Below, in pieces: positions 1 to 11,895 of a stretch of 64,000 nt of DNA. A program made the translations under genes and the position numbers. The stretch lies in NCBI GenBank assembly GCA_963806225.1, contig CAWDXG010000004.1, positions 352,001 through 416,000 of the forward strand, written 5' to 3'. Each line of letters starts with the position of its first letter. Positions within the stretch are counted from its first letter, which is position 1. A model generated the notes under the pieces. It was given only the letters and a program-made list of their open reading frames with translations. It did not search any database and had not been told where the DNA came from. The DNA comes from an uncultured delta proteobacterium (GTDB taxonomy: Bacteria > Myxococcota_A > Polyangia > Polyangiales > Polyangiaceae).

Positions 1-1538
<1,538 letters not shown>

Positions 1539-1694
1539 CGGCAAGCAAGCGCTCGATTTCGACGAACCGGCGACGCCCGTTGACCGGACCTGCAGGCAAT
1601 CTGGTGCGAGGAGAATCGGCAGTAACTTGACCCCGCCGCGGCCTGGAGCGATTCCTGGGCTGCTGCTGGGCTGTTCGGAACGGCGCGGGAGCAC

Positions 1695-2408
1695 GTGAAG
1701 GCGATGCAGGACGAGCACGGCAACCATCCGGACGGAGGCGACGAGGCGCCGGGCTCGGGCCCGCTGGTCGACGTCTTCGAGCGGCCGTCGGCGGCGCGCA
1801 GCGAGGGCCAGCTGTACGCCCCTCCGCGCACCGTGCCGCCCACGTCCGATCACCGCACCCTCGAGATCGAGACGGTCAAGGTCCACAAGGATCCGAAGCG
1901 CGCGGCGGTCACGCAGCCGAGCCTCAGGCGCGCGCGACAGCAGGCAGGGGCCGCGCCGCCGCAACCCGGTAGCGAGCCGCCCGGGGCGCACGCGGTGCCC
2001 GACAGCACGCACCCCGTCATCGCGGGCGAGCGCTCGCACGCTTCGTCGGCGGTGTGGCTGCTCGCGCTCGGCGCGGTCGTGGCGCTGGTCGCGGTGGGCA
2101 TCGTGCTCGCGCGCGGTCACTCCGCGGCTCCGGAAGCGACGGGCAGCGCGGAGCAGGCTTCACCCGCGGCGGCTGCAAGCAGCGCGGCGGTCGCCGCATC
2201 AGGCAGCAACGCCACGCCCCGCGTCGAGCCTGCCGCGGCGGCGCCCGCGCCCTCGGTCGAGCCGGCTCCGGCGCCCTCGCCCTCCGCCACGCATCACGCA
2301 GCGCCGGTGCATCCCGCCGCAGCGCCGGAGCCGCGCGAAAAGCCCGCGACGCCCCACGCCGCACAGCCAGCCCCCAGCGCGAAGCCGAAATACCAGCCGC
2401 TGTTCTGA
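1695..2408 (+). CDS. Single-pass membrane protein with Pro/Ala-rich C-terminus, resembling a kinase tail without the kinase domain
   Basis: TM segment VWLLALGAVVALVAVGIVLA; low-complexity tail ending YQPLF; co-oriented between the kinase and the PEGA gene. Confidence 0.7.
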   Translation: MKAMQDEHGNHPDGGDEAPGSGPLVDVFERPSAARSEGQLYAPPRTVPPTSDHRTLEIETVKVHKDPKRAAVTQPSLRRARQQAGAAPPQPGSEPPGAHAVPDSTHPVIAGERSHASSAVWLLALGAVVALVAVGIVLARGHSAAPEATGSAEQASPAAAASSAAVAASGSNATPRVEPAAAAPAPSVEPAPAPSPSATHHAAPVHPAAAPEPREKPATPHAAQPAPSAKPKYQPLF

Positions 2409-2522
2409 TCGCGGCGCAACCGGGGGCGGCTCTGCCCGGCGATCTACCGAGGGCGCGCGAGCTCCGGGCAATTCGCACCGACGGATACCGGCAGCTGGGC
2501 AGTTTCCGCCCTGGCTGGAATC

Positions 2523-3785
2523 GTGTCTCTCCGGGGTGCGGAAATGTCGCACCTTGGACCCGCTGCGACTACCCTCCGCCCCCGGCGACCGGTAGATCCG
2601 GCGTCGCCGATCGACTGCTCCGCCATGCTTTTCGTCGTCCGCCCCCGTCGCGCACTTCCGCAACCGTGCACCCCGCGCAGGGTCCGAGCCGGTCGCCGTG
2701 CGTGCGCCGTGCTCGCCAGTGTGGTCGCGCTGTCCTTCGCCCTGCCGGCCTCGGCCGCGCCCAGCCAGCACGAGCGCGCCGAAGCCCTCTTCAAGCAGGG
2801 CCGCGCCGCGTACATGAAGGGCGACTTCAAGACGGCCTACCAGCGCCAGCACGACGCCTGGCGGCTCGAGAAGAGCTTCGACATCGCGGCCAACCTCGGC
2901 CAGGCCGAGCTGCAGCTCAAGCTCTACCGCGACGCGGCCGAGCACTTCCGCTACGCGCTCGATCACTTTCCGCCGTCGGGCGACAAGCAGAAGAAGCAGC
3001 GCCTGCAACAGAGCTTCGACAAGGTCCGCGCAAAGGTCGGCGCGCTCACTCTCCATGTGCAACCGGACGGCGCGCGGGTGAGCGTCGACGGCACCGCCCT
3101 CGCCCCGCCGCTGCCCTCGCCGCTGTTCCTCGACGCGGGGCAGCACGAGCTCGCAGTCGATGCGGAGGGCTACACCCCGCAGAACAAGAGCGTGGCGGCG
3201 AAGGCGGGCGGGAGCGACCAGCTCGACGTGACGCTGGAGAAAGCCGCGGCCCCCGCTCCCGCGACCCCCGCGCCGCCGGCGACGAGCAGCGCGGCGCCGC
3301 CAGCGTCGTCTCCGCCAACGTCCGATACCGGCGACCATCACGTCGAGCCGCGCACGGTGGCGATCATCACCGGGGCGGGTTTGACGGCGGTCGCGCTGGG
3401 CGTGGGGATCGGCTTTCTGGTGGATGCGGGCTCGGCCGACAGCAACGCGAGCGATCTGCGCTCACAAGCTGTCAAGGAAGTCGGCACCAATGGTTGCGCG
3501 GCGAATCCCGACGCGAGCGTGTGCGTGGCGCTGCACGACGCGAACGACCACGCGAGCCGCAGCCGCACGGTTTCCACGGTGGGCTTCGTCGGGGCCGGCG
3601 TGTTCGCCGTGGCCACCGTGGGTGCCGTGTTGTTCTGGCCCAGGCACGCGCACCACGCGGAAGCGCGCGGCACGCACGGCGTCAGGATGATGCCGGTCGT
3701 GCTCGGAGCGTCGGGGCTGGGCGTGGACTACCCGAACACGGGGCTATTCAGCGCGGGGGGCATCGGCGTCAAGGGGCACTTCTAG
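2523..3785 (+). CDS. TPR + PEGA domain protein (true start probably downstream of 2523)
   Basis: Signal peptide LALPASA-like; TPR AEALFKQGRAAY..NLGQAE; PEGA VQPDGARVSVDG..LDAGQHELAVDAEGY; two hydrophobic helices; C-terminus GVKGHF. Confidence 0.85.
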   Translation: MSLRGAEMSHLGPAATTLRPRRPVDPASPIDCSAMLFVVRPRRALPQPCTPRRVRAGRRACAVLASVVALSFALPASAAPSQHERAEALFKQGRAAYMKGDFKTAYQRQHDAWRLEKSFDIAANLGQAELQLKLYRDAAEHFRYALDHFPPSGDKQKKQRLQQSFDKVRAKVGALTLHVQPDGARVSVDGTALAPPLPSPLFLDAGQHELAVDAEGYTPQNKSVAAKAGGSDQLDVTLEKAAAPAPATPAPPATSSAAPPASSPPTSDTGDHHVEPRTVAIITGAGLTAVALGVGIGFLVDAGSADSNASDLRSQAVKEVGTNGCAANPDASVCVALHDANDHASRSRTVSTVGFVGAGVFAVATVGAVLFWPRHAHHAEARGTHGVRMMPVVLGASGLGVDYPNTGLFSAGGIGVKGHF

Positions 3786-3889
3786 CCGCCCTACCGAGTG
3801 GAAATCACCCGGGGGCGTTGACTTGGTGGGGATTTTGGCTGTCATCATCGGGTGACGGCTCGCTTCGGGGGCGATAGCCCCGTTGGCTC

Positions 3890-5538
3890 ATGGAGGCGGT
3901 GATGCGCGTAAATCGATTCCTTGGCTTGACGATCCTGTTCAGCGCCGGCTGGCTGTGCCTGCCTGCGTGCAGCGGCAGCTCCAGCTGCGCCGACAACAAC
4001 GCCTGCGGCACAGGCGGGTCGAGCGGCAGCGCGGGCTCGGGCGGATCGGGCGCCAGCGCGGGCTCGGGCGGATCGGGCGCGAGTGCGGGCACCGGCGGCA
4101 GTGACGGTGGCGCGGGGACGGGCGGAGCGAGCGGCAGCGGCGGCGATGGCGGCGGATGCGACACGTCGAAGTCGCCCTCGGCGGAGAGCTGTCTGGTGGA
4201 TGACCAGTACGCGGTCTTCGTCGACGGCACGGCGAGCGCAAGCGGCGATGGCTCGAAAGCGAGTCCGTTCAAGACCATCGGCGAGGCCCTCGCAGGCGCA
4301 GCCGGCAAGATCATCCTCGTCTGCGACACGACCTACGCCGAGCAGGTGAAGCTCGGTGCCGGCGCGAAAATCTTCGGCGGCTTCAAGTGCACCGACTGGA
4401 GCTACGACGGCGGACAGCGCGCCGTCGTCGCGCCGACGAGCGAAGGCTACGCGCTCGAGATCGACAGCGTGACGGATCCCGTCGTGATCGAGGACGTGGA
4501 GTTCGACGCGGCGGACGCTTCCACGCCGGGCGCGAGCAGTGTGGCGGGGTTCGTGCACGGGTCGACGGAGGTCGTGTTGCGGCGGGACAAGCTTGTGGGC
4601 GGGAAGGGTGCGACGGGCAGCGCCGGGGCGGCGTTTGGCTCGGCGGCGACGACGGGGGCGACGGGGCACGACGGCAAGAACGCTTGTAGCTCGCCGGCGT
4701 CCGGTGGCCCGCAGGTGGAGACGCAGTGCGGCGGCGCGGCGAGTGGGAGTATCGGGGGCAGCGGGGGGCGATGGAGATGCACGTGAATCACGTTGAGCTG
4801 GCGGAAACGGCAGTCCCGGGCAGCCTACTGGGACCACTGGGGGCGGGCCTGGCGATTGGTCAGACGGGCCGGCTGGCTCAACTGCGTGGCAGGCACAGGG
4901 TCGGGGCAACGGCGGTGTGAGCGGCGTCCCGGCAAGCCCGGCGCTGGCGGCGCCGCGATGGGCACGCTCGACGCCAGCGGCTACGCGCCCGCCGACGGCG
5001 GCGCGGGCAAGGCGGGTGGCCCCGGCCAAGGCGGCGGCGGCGGCGGCGGCGCCAAGGCGCCGAGCTGCGGTACCGGTGCCTCCGGCGGAATCCGGCGGCG
5101 GTGGCGGCTGCGGCGGCCAGGGCGGACATGCGGGCTCCGGCGGCGGCGCCAGCATCGCGCTCGCGAGCGTGAGCTCCACGGTCACGCTCGACAGCTGCGA
5201 TCTCGTCGCCAGCGATGGCGGCGCGGGCGGCAAGGGCGGTGACGGGCAGCGTGGCGGAGATGGCGGAACAGCAGGAGGCGGCGGGAAGGGAAGTGGCACG
5301 AGCAGCAACGCCTGCACGGGCGGCGATGGGGGCCAGGGCGGCTTCGGCGGTCCTGGCGGCGGCGGCTCGGGAGGAGCCAGCGTCGGCATCGCCTACACCG
5401 GCACGCAACCCACGGTCACCGGCGGCACCATCACCGTCGCGCAGACCCCGGCGCCCGCCGGCAAGGGCGGCGCCGAGCGTCGACACCGGCTCCAAGGACG
5501 GCAGCGCCGGCATCACGCAGAAGGTACAGAAGTTCTAG
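3890..5538 (+). CDS. Gly-rich (PGRS-like) surface lipoprotein, copy 1, frameshifted
   Basis: Lipobox LPAC; GDGSKASPFKTIGEAL motif. Pieces 3890-4786, 4793-5242, 4917-5768 and 5215-5538 join into a protein colinear with the intact paralog at 7265-8941. Confidence 0.8.
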
Positions 5539-7336
5539 AGCTTCACTCTCCACGCAACCCCCACCCCCACCCTTCCCGAATACACTCCACGCATGTCCCC
5601 CCTCCGCACCACCACCCTCGCCTCTTTCGTCGCGCTCGTCGCGATGCTGGCGGGGTGCGGGTCGGGGTCGTCGAGCTGCAGCGACACGCGCACGTGTGGA
5701 AGCGGCGGATCGGGCGCCAGCGCGGGCTCGGGCGGATCGGGCGCGAGTGCGGGCACCGGCGGCAGTGACGGTGGCGCGGGGACGGGCGGAGCGAGCGGCA
5801 GCGGCGGCGATGGCGGCGGATGCGACACGTCGAAGTCGCCCTCGGCGGAGAGCTGTCTGGTGGATGACCAGTACGCGGTCTTCGTCGACGGCACGGCGAG
5901 CGCAAGCGGCGATGGCTCGAAAGCGAGTCCGTTCAAGACCATCGGCGAGGCCCTCGCAGGCGCAGCCGGCAAGATCATCCTCGTCTGCGACACGACCTAC
6001 GCCGAGCAGGTGAAGCTCGGTGCCGGCGCGAAAATCTTCGGCGGCTTCAAGTGCACCGACTGGAGCTACGACGGCGGACAGCGCGCCGTCGTCGCGCCGA
6101 CGAGCGAAGGCTACGCGCTCGAGAATCGACAGCGTGACGGATCCCGTCGTGATCGAGGACGTGGAGTTCGACGCGGCGGACGCTTCCACGCCGGGCGCGA
6201 GCAGTGTGGCGGGGTTCGTGCACGGGTCGACGGGGGTCGTGTTGCGGCGGGACAAGCTTGTGGGCGGGAAGGGTGCGACGGGCAGCGCCGGGGCGGCGTT
6301 TGGCTCGGCGGCGACGACGGGGGCGACGGGGCACGACGGCAAGAACGCTTGTAGCTCGCCGGCGTCCGGTGGCCCGCAGGTGGAGACGCAGTGCGGCGGC
6401 GCGGCGAGTGGGAGTATCGGGGGAGCGGGCGGCGATGGGGCGCCGAGCAACACGAAGAGCGGCGGCAATGGCAATCCCGGGCAGACGGGGAGCCAGGGCT
6501 GGGGGCGGAGCTCGGCGATACGGTCGAGAAGAGTTCCGGCTGGTCCTGCTCAGTGGGCGGCACCGACGGCGGTGGCGGGCAACCGGTGCCAACGGCCCCG
6601 CCGGCAAGCCCGGCGCTGGCGGCGCCGCGATGGGCACGCTCGACGCCAGCGGCTACGCGCCCGCCGACGGCGGCGCGGGCAAGGCGGGTGGCCCCGGCCA
6701 AGGCGGCGGCGGCGGCGGCGGCGCCAAGGCGCCGAGCTGCGGTACCGGCGCTTCCGGCGGAATCCGGCGGCGGTGGCGGCTGCGGCGGCCAGGGCGGACA
6801 TGCGGGCTCCGGCGGCGGCGCCAGCATCGCGCTCGCGAGCGTGAGCTCCACGGTCACGCTCGACAGCTGCGATCTCGTCGCCAGCGATGGCGGCGCGGGC
6901 GGCAAGGGCGGTGACGGGCAGCGTGGCGGAATGGCGGAGCAGCAGGAGGCGGCGGGAAGGGAAGTGGCACGAGCAGCAACGCCTGCACGAGGCGGCGATG
7001 GGGGCCAGGGCGGCTTCGGCGGTCCTGGCGGCGGCGGCTCGGGAGGAGCCAGCGTCGGCATCGCCTACACCGGCACGCAACCCACGGTCACCGGCGGCAC
7101 CATCACCGTCGCGCAGACCCCGGCGCCCGCCGGCAAGGGCGGCGCCGGACGTCGACACCGGCTCCAAGGACGGCAGCGCCGGCATCACGCAGAAGGTGCA
7201 GAAGTTCTAGAGCTTCACTCTCCACGCAACCCCCACCCCCACCCTTCCCGAATACACTCCACGCATGTCCCCCCTCCGCACCACCACCCTCGCCTCTTTC
7301 GTCGCGCTCGTCGCGATGCTGGCGGGGTGCGGGTCG
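4040..7336 (+). repeat. ~1.67-kb direct tandem duplication (about 4040-5664 and 5704-7336)
   Basis: Near-identical sequence including the stop codon (5538 and 7210), the intergenic spacer and the next signal peptide MSPLRTTTLASFVALVAMLAGCGS (5593 and 7265); offset 1672 bp. Confidence 0.93.
5593..7210 (+). CDS. Gly-rich (PGRS-like) surface lipoprotein, copy 2, chimeric and frameshifted
   Basis: Signal peptide identical to that of 7265; body nearly identical to copy 1; frameshifts near 6124, 6500-6600, 6762 and 7148. Confidence 0.8.
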
Positions 7337-8941
7337 AGCACGTCTGATTGCGCTTCGACGCGGACGTGCGCGCGGGGAGGCGCTGCGGGAGCCGACGGGG
7401 GCGGGAACGCGGGCGCGGGTGGAGGCAGCGCTGGCTCGTCGACCGGCGGCGCTGGGGGGTCCGACGGTGGCGCGGGCACGGGCGGCGGCTCCGCGGGCAC
7501 CGATGGCGGTGTGTGCGACCCGTCGAAGACGCCCGCCGAGGACAGCTGCGTCGTCTCCGACAAGTACGGCGTGTTCGCCTCGCCCAAGGGCGACGACACG
7601 CTGGGCGACGGCAGCATGGCCGCGCCCTACGCAACGTTGGGCAAAGCCATCGCCGAGGCACGGATCGGCGCCAGGCGCGTCTACGCCTGCGCCGATGGCG
7701 GGACCTTCACCGAGCCCACGCTGAGCGTCGACTCGAAACTGGACGGCGCGCAGCTGTACGGCGGCTTCCACTGCGCCGACTGGAGCTACGATCCCTCGCT
7801 GCAGACCACACTCGACTCGGTCAATCCCGTCGCCATCAAGGTCAGCGGACTCACCAAGGGGCTGCACATCGAGGACTTCGACCTCCGCGCCCGCTACGCC
7901 ACGGTGCCCGGGGATTCGAGCGTCGCCTTGTGGGTCGACTCGAGCGCCAACGTCGTGCTCCAGCACGTCATCCTGCACGCACGCCAGGGCGCCGACGGCA
8001 AGGACGGCGCAGCCTTCGCGAGCAGCGCCAAGCAGGGCGCGGTCGGCAACCCCGGCGCAAACGGCGCCTGCACGACCGTGAGCATTCCGCCTCCGAATGA
8101 CGGCGGCACAGCCGTCTCCACCCAGTGCGGCAGCAGCACCAGCACCGGCGGCAAGGGCGGCGACGGTCCGACGGCCACCGTCACACCCGGTGGCAACGGC
8201 GCAGCGGGCCAGCCGGCGCTCGGTGCCGGTGCCGGCGGCCACGGGCAGACCAGCGCGAGCTGGACCTGCGCTGCCAGTGGAACCAACGGCGGCGGCCGCG
8301 CCGGCGGGAGCGGGGGCAACGGCGGGAAAGGCCCGGGAGCCACCGGCAAAGGCTCACTGGACGCGACGGGCTATCACGGCAGCGCCGGCCAGAGCGGCAA
8401 GCCGGGCAGCATCGGACAGGGCGGCGGCGGTGGTGGCGGCGCGCAGGACGCCTCGGTCTGCGACGGCTACGGGCACGGCTCGTCGGGCGGCAGCGGCGGC
8501 TCGGGAGGTTGTGGAGGTGCTGGTGGCCCCGGCGGCGGAGGCGGCGGATCGAGCATCGCTCTGCTTTCGGTCGATTCCACAGTGAACCTGTCCGGCTGCA
8601 CGCTCCAGGCCTCCAGCGGCGGCATCGGCGGCAAGGGAGCCACCGGGCAGACCGGCGGAGCCGGCGGCAAGCCCGGCGCAGGCGGGAAGTTCGAGGCGGG
8701 CAAGAACGGCACGGACGCCTGCGCGGGCGGCGACGGCGGAAACGGCGGCAACGGCGGCGCAGGCGGCGGCGGACTCGGCGGACACAGCCTCGGCGTCGCG
8801 TACGTGGGAACGAAACCGACGCTCGACACGGCGACGACATTCCAGCTGGCGTCGTCCCCGGCCCTGGGCGGACCGGGTGGCGGCGGCAGCACGAGCAACA
8901 AGGGCACCGACGGCCTCGTGATGCAGGTGCTGGGATTCTGA
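7265..8941 (+). CDS. Gly-rich (PGRS-like) surface lipoprotein, intact paralog
   Basis: Lipobox LAGC; GDGSMAAPYATLGKAI; LYGGFHCADW; GGSGGSGGCGG and GGGGGSSIAL blocks; intact 558-aa ORF. Confidence 0.88.
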   Translation: MSPLRTTTLASFVALVAMLAGCGSSTSDCASTRTCARGGAAGADGGGNAGAGGGSAGSSTGGAGGSDGGAGTGGGSAGTDGGVCDPSKTPAEDSCVVSDKYGVFASPKGDDTLGDGSMAAPYATLGKAIAEARIGARRVYACADGGTFTEPTLSVDSKLDGAQLYGGFHCADWSYDPSLQTTLDSVNPVAIKVSGLTKGLHIEDFDLRARYATVPGDSSVALWVDSSANVVLQHVILHARQGADGKDGAAFASSAKQGAVGNPGANGACTTVSIPPPNDGGTAVSTQCGSSTSTGGKGGDGPTATVTPGGNGAAGQPALGAGAGGHGQTSASWTCAASGTNGGGRAGGSGGNGGKGPGATGKGSLDATGYHGSAGQSGKPGSIGQGGGGGGGAQDASVCDGYGHGSSGGSGGSGGCGGAGGPGGGGGGSSIALLSVDSTVNLSGCTLQASSGGIGGKGATGQTGGAGGKPGAGGKFEAGKNGTDACAGGDGGNGGNGGAGGGGLGGHSLGVAYVGTKPTLDTATTFQLASSPALGGPGGGGSTSNKGTDGLVMQVLGF

Positions 8942-8960
8942 TCTGGCCGGCGACTGACCC

Positions 8961-10076
8961 ATGAGCGTATCGATACCGGGACGGTTCAGGCGGGGCTTTT
9001 CGACTGTGGTGGTGGGGTGCCTGCTCGTCGCGGGCACGGCGCGCGCGGCAGGCGGCGGCCAAGGAAAAGCGCACGGCGGCAACAAGGCGCACGTCGCGAC
9101 GCCGGCGGAGATCGCCGTCGCGCGCCGGCTGTTCCGCGAAGCGTCGAAGCTCGAGAAGGCCAAGCACTGGGCGGACGCGGCGAAGAAGCTCCACGGCGCG
9201 CTGGACATCAAGGAAACGCCGGGCCTGCGCTACCACCTCGCCTACTGCGAGGAGAACATGGGCCAACTCGTACAGGCGCTGGTCGACTACGATCGCGCCG
9301 CGGAGATGATCTCCGACGGCGTCAAGGCGCCGGACGTGGCGGCACGGCTGGACGCGGCACGCACCGCGCTGAAAAAGCGCGTGCCGATGCTGACCGTAAC
9401 GATACCCGCGGATGTGCCCGGCGCCAGGCTCTCGGTGGACGGACACACAATGGCGCCGGCTGTGGCGGGGCAGCCGATCCCGCTCGAACCGGGACAGCAC
9501 AACCTCCAGGTCACCGCGCACAGCTACAAGCCGTTCCACGCCAACGTCACGCTCGCCGAGGGCGAGCGCAAGACCCTCCCGGTGGAACTCGCCAAGCCCG
9601 AGCCGGCGCCCGCAACGCCGGCCGCTCCCGCTCCCCGACCCACCGCGGACACGGGAACCCAGGGCCGCGCGTTCCCGCTGCGCACAGTCGTGCTGATCGG
9701 CGAAGGCGCGGTCACGTTCGCCGGGCTCGGCGTCGGCATCGGCTTCACGGTCGCGCGCGGCAACGCCTCGAGCCGTGCGGACGACGCGCAGGCCGCCATC
9801 GACCGGAAGACGGGCAATCCCGGCGATCCGTCGGCGTGCACGAACGCGTCCCCCGACGTGCAGACGAGCTGCGACGATCTGACCAGCGCACTCTCCGACA
9901 AGGACAACGACGGCAAGCTCGCGACCGTCGGCTTCATCGGCGCCGGAGTCGGCGCCGCAGCGACCATCGCGACGTGGCTCTTGTGGAAACCGGCAGCAAG
10001 GCAACACGCGCTCGCCGTGACAATGCAGCCCGTCGCAGGCGGCGGCCTGCTGGGCGGCGTGAGCGGTCGCTTCTAG
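8961..10076 (+). CDS. TPR + PEGA domain protein
   Basis: Signal peptide; ARRLFREA..ETPGLRYHLAYCEE TPR; PEGA GARLSVDG..LEPGQHNLQVTA; C-terminus GGVSGRF. Confidence 0.87.
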   Translation: MSVSIPGRFRRGFSTVVVGCLLVAGTARAAGGGQGKAHGGNKAHVATPAEIAVARRLFREASKLEKAKHWADAAKKLHGALDIKETPGLRYHLAYCEENMGQLVQALVDYDRAAEMISDGVKAPDVAARLDAARTALKKRVPMLTVTIPADVPGARLSVDGHTMAPAVAGQPIPLEPGQHNLQVTAHSYKPFHANVTLAEGERKTLPVELAKPEPAPATPAAPAPRPTADTGTQGRAFPLRTVVLIGEGAVTFAGLGVGIGFTVARGNASSRADDAQAAIDRKTGNPGDPSACTNASPDVQTSCDDLTSALSDKDNDGKLATVGFIGAGVGAAATIATWLLWKPAARQHALAVTMQPVAGGGLLGGVSGRF

Positions 10077-10327
10077 ACAGCGTGTCGCGCGCCCAGGAAT
10101 TCCACGTTGTAGACAAACCTGGAATTCCTGCACTCGCGGCGCGGACTATTGACTTCCGCGCCCGTCTGCCGGACCTCTCGCTCATCCTTGACGGGAGGGG
10201 ATCCGGGGAGCGCATTTTCCACGCAACTGCCGCCGCGGCAGCCCGATAGAGCCGGAAATCGGCGTCGGAGCCTGCCGGGGCTCCGTGCGCCCCCTTCCCG
10301 ACCGGCAACCAATCCGGAGACATACCG

Positions 10328-11752
10328 ATGAACACTTCCCGAATCCTGGCGGCCCTGGTGCTCGCAGCGGGCGCGTCCCTGGCGTACGGCTGCGGCTCGT
10401 CGTCGTTCAAGTCCTGTGAAAAGACGCGAAGCTGCGGCAACAGCGGCGGAACCGACGGCGGCATGGCCGGTAGCGGCGGCACGGCCGGCAGCGCGGGAAC
10501 CGGCGCAACGGGCGGAAACGGCGGCTCGATCGGCACCGACGGCGGAGCCGGGACGGGCGGCACGGCGGGCGGCGGAGGCACGGCGGGCACGGCCGGCTCG
10601 GCAGGCAGCGATGGCGGCCCAACCCTCGACGACAACGGCGCAACCTGCAGCGACGGCTCGACCTGCAAGACCGGTAACTGCATCGACGGCGTGTGCTGCG
10701 ACACCAAGTGCGACGGCACCTGCGAGGCGTGCAACGTCTCCGGCAACAAGGGCACCTGCACGCCGTACAAGAGCGGGACCGATCCGGAGAAGGAATGCCT
10801 CGGCGGCGCCAGCGCCAGCGCCACCTGCGCGGGCACCTGCGACGGCAAATCGGCCTGCGCGTTCCCCGACGCCACGACCTCCTGCGGCAACCCGATGTGC
10901 GCGGCCGGCAAGCAGACGACCTACGGCTGCGGCGGCGACGGCACGTGCAGCTCGCCCAAGCAGAAGAGCTGCGGCAACTACACCTGCGGCTCCACCGCCT
11001 GCCGCACCAGCTGCACTAGCGACACACAGTGCGCCTCGACCGCGTGGTGCCAGGCCAACAAGTGCGTGGCCAAGATCGCCGACGGCGGGTCCTGCGGCGG
11101 CAACAACCAGTGCACGAGTGGCCACTGCATCGGCGGCGTGTGCTGCCACACCAGCTGCGCAGCGCCGAACAGCTGCGCAACGGGCACGTGCCTGTGCAAT
11201 GGAGTCTCGTGCGCCAGCGGTCACTCATGCATCATGTGGTATCTGGACCAGGACGATGACAAACACGGGGCAAGCTCATCGCACGACAAGCCTGGATGCG
11301 ACGACCAGCAGCCTAGCGACGTAAACGGTCACCACTACGTCCAGAGCAACGACGACTGCTACGACAACAACATCAACGCCTACCCGGGCCAGACGCAATA
11401 CTTCCCAGGGGATCGCGGCGATGGCAGCTACGACTATAACTGCGACGGGAACGAAACCACGAAGTACCTCGCGAAGAACGGCGCATTCGGCACAGCGACC
11501 TGTCACGATTGCGGCGTTCATCCGAACGTCGGAACGAATTGTCTGAGTTGCGGCAGTTCCCCAATCGCTTGGGGCACGCCCGTCTACTCGATAGGCTACT
11601 ACTGCTCCACATCGACTTGCGGCGTTAGCAGCAGGCAGGCCTTTGTGAATCCTGTACCGTGCGGAGGCTCCGGCGCACTGTATACGTGCTCGACGAATTC
11701 CTGCTCGACCGCAGAGACCAACGAAGGCTCGAAAGCACAACTTTGCCGCTAG
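10328..11752 (+). CDS. Cys-rich surface lipoprotein with a putative metal-binding (DCxDxxxxxYPG) repeat
   Basis: GGAG RBS; lipobox LAYGC; Gly linker; CIDGVCCDTKCDGTCEAC repeats; WYLDQDDDKHG..DCYDNNINAYPG..YDYNCDG. Confidence 0.85.
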   Translation: MNTSRILAALVLAAGASLAYGCGSSSFKSCEKTRSCGNSGGTDGGMAGSGGTAGSAGTGATGGNGGSIGTDGGAGTGGTAGGGGTAGTAGSAGSDGGPTLDDNGATCSDGSTCKTGNCIDGVCCDTKCDGTCEACNVSGNKGTCTPYKSGTDPEKECLGGASASATCAGTCDGKSACAFPDATTSCGNPMCAAGKQTTYGCGGDGTCSSPKQKSCGNYTCGSTACRTSCTSDTQCASTAWCQANKCVAKIADGGSCGGNNQCTSGHCIGGVCCHTSCAAPNSCATGTCLCNGVSCASGHSCIMWYLDQDDDKHGASSSHDKPGCDDQQPSDVNGHHYVQSNDDCYDNNINAYPGQTQYFPGDRGDGSYDYNCDGNETTKYLAKNGAFGTATCHDCGVHPNVGTNCLSCGSSPIAWGTPVYSIGYYCSTSTCGVSSRQAFVNPVPCGGSGALYTCSTNSCSTAETNEGSKAQLCR

Positions 11753-11895
11753 ACCTGGTTTCGCGCTGCGGCTCTGCCTTTCGGCACCGTGCGACGGCCC
11801 CGGTAGCGCGCACTTGAATCGCTGGGCGGAGCGCCAGCGCCACAAGCGGAGCGGCCCGCGCCATCCGGCGCGGGCCGCGACGCGTCGCCGCCAGC

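Noticed and set aside
4758..6600. Diversity-generating retroelement TR/VR pair
   Set aside because: Differences are not adenine-specific and include indels; no reverse transcriptase is present in the window.
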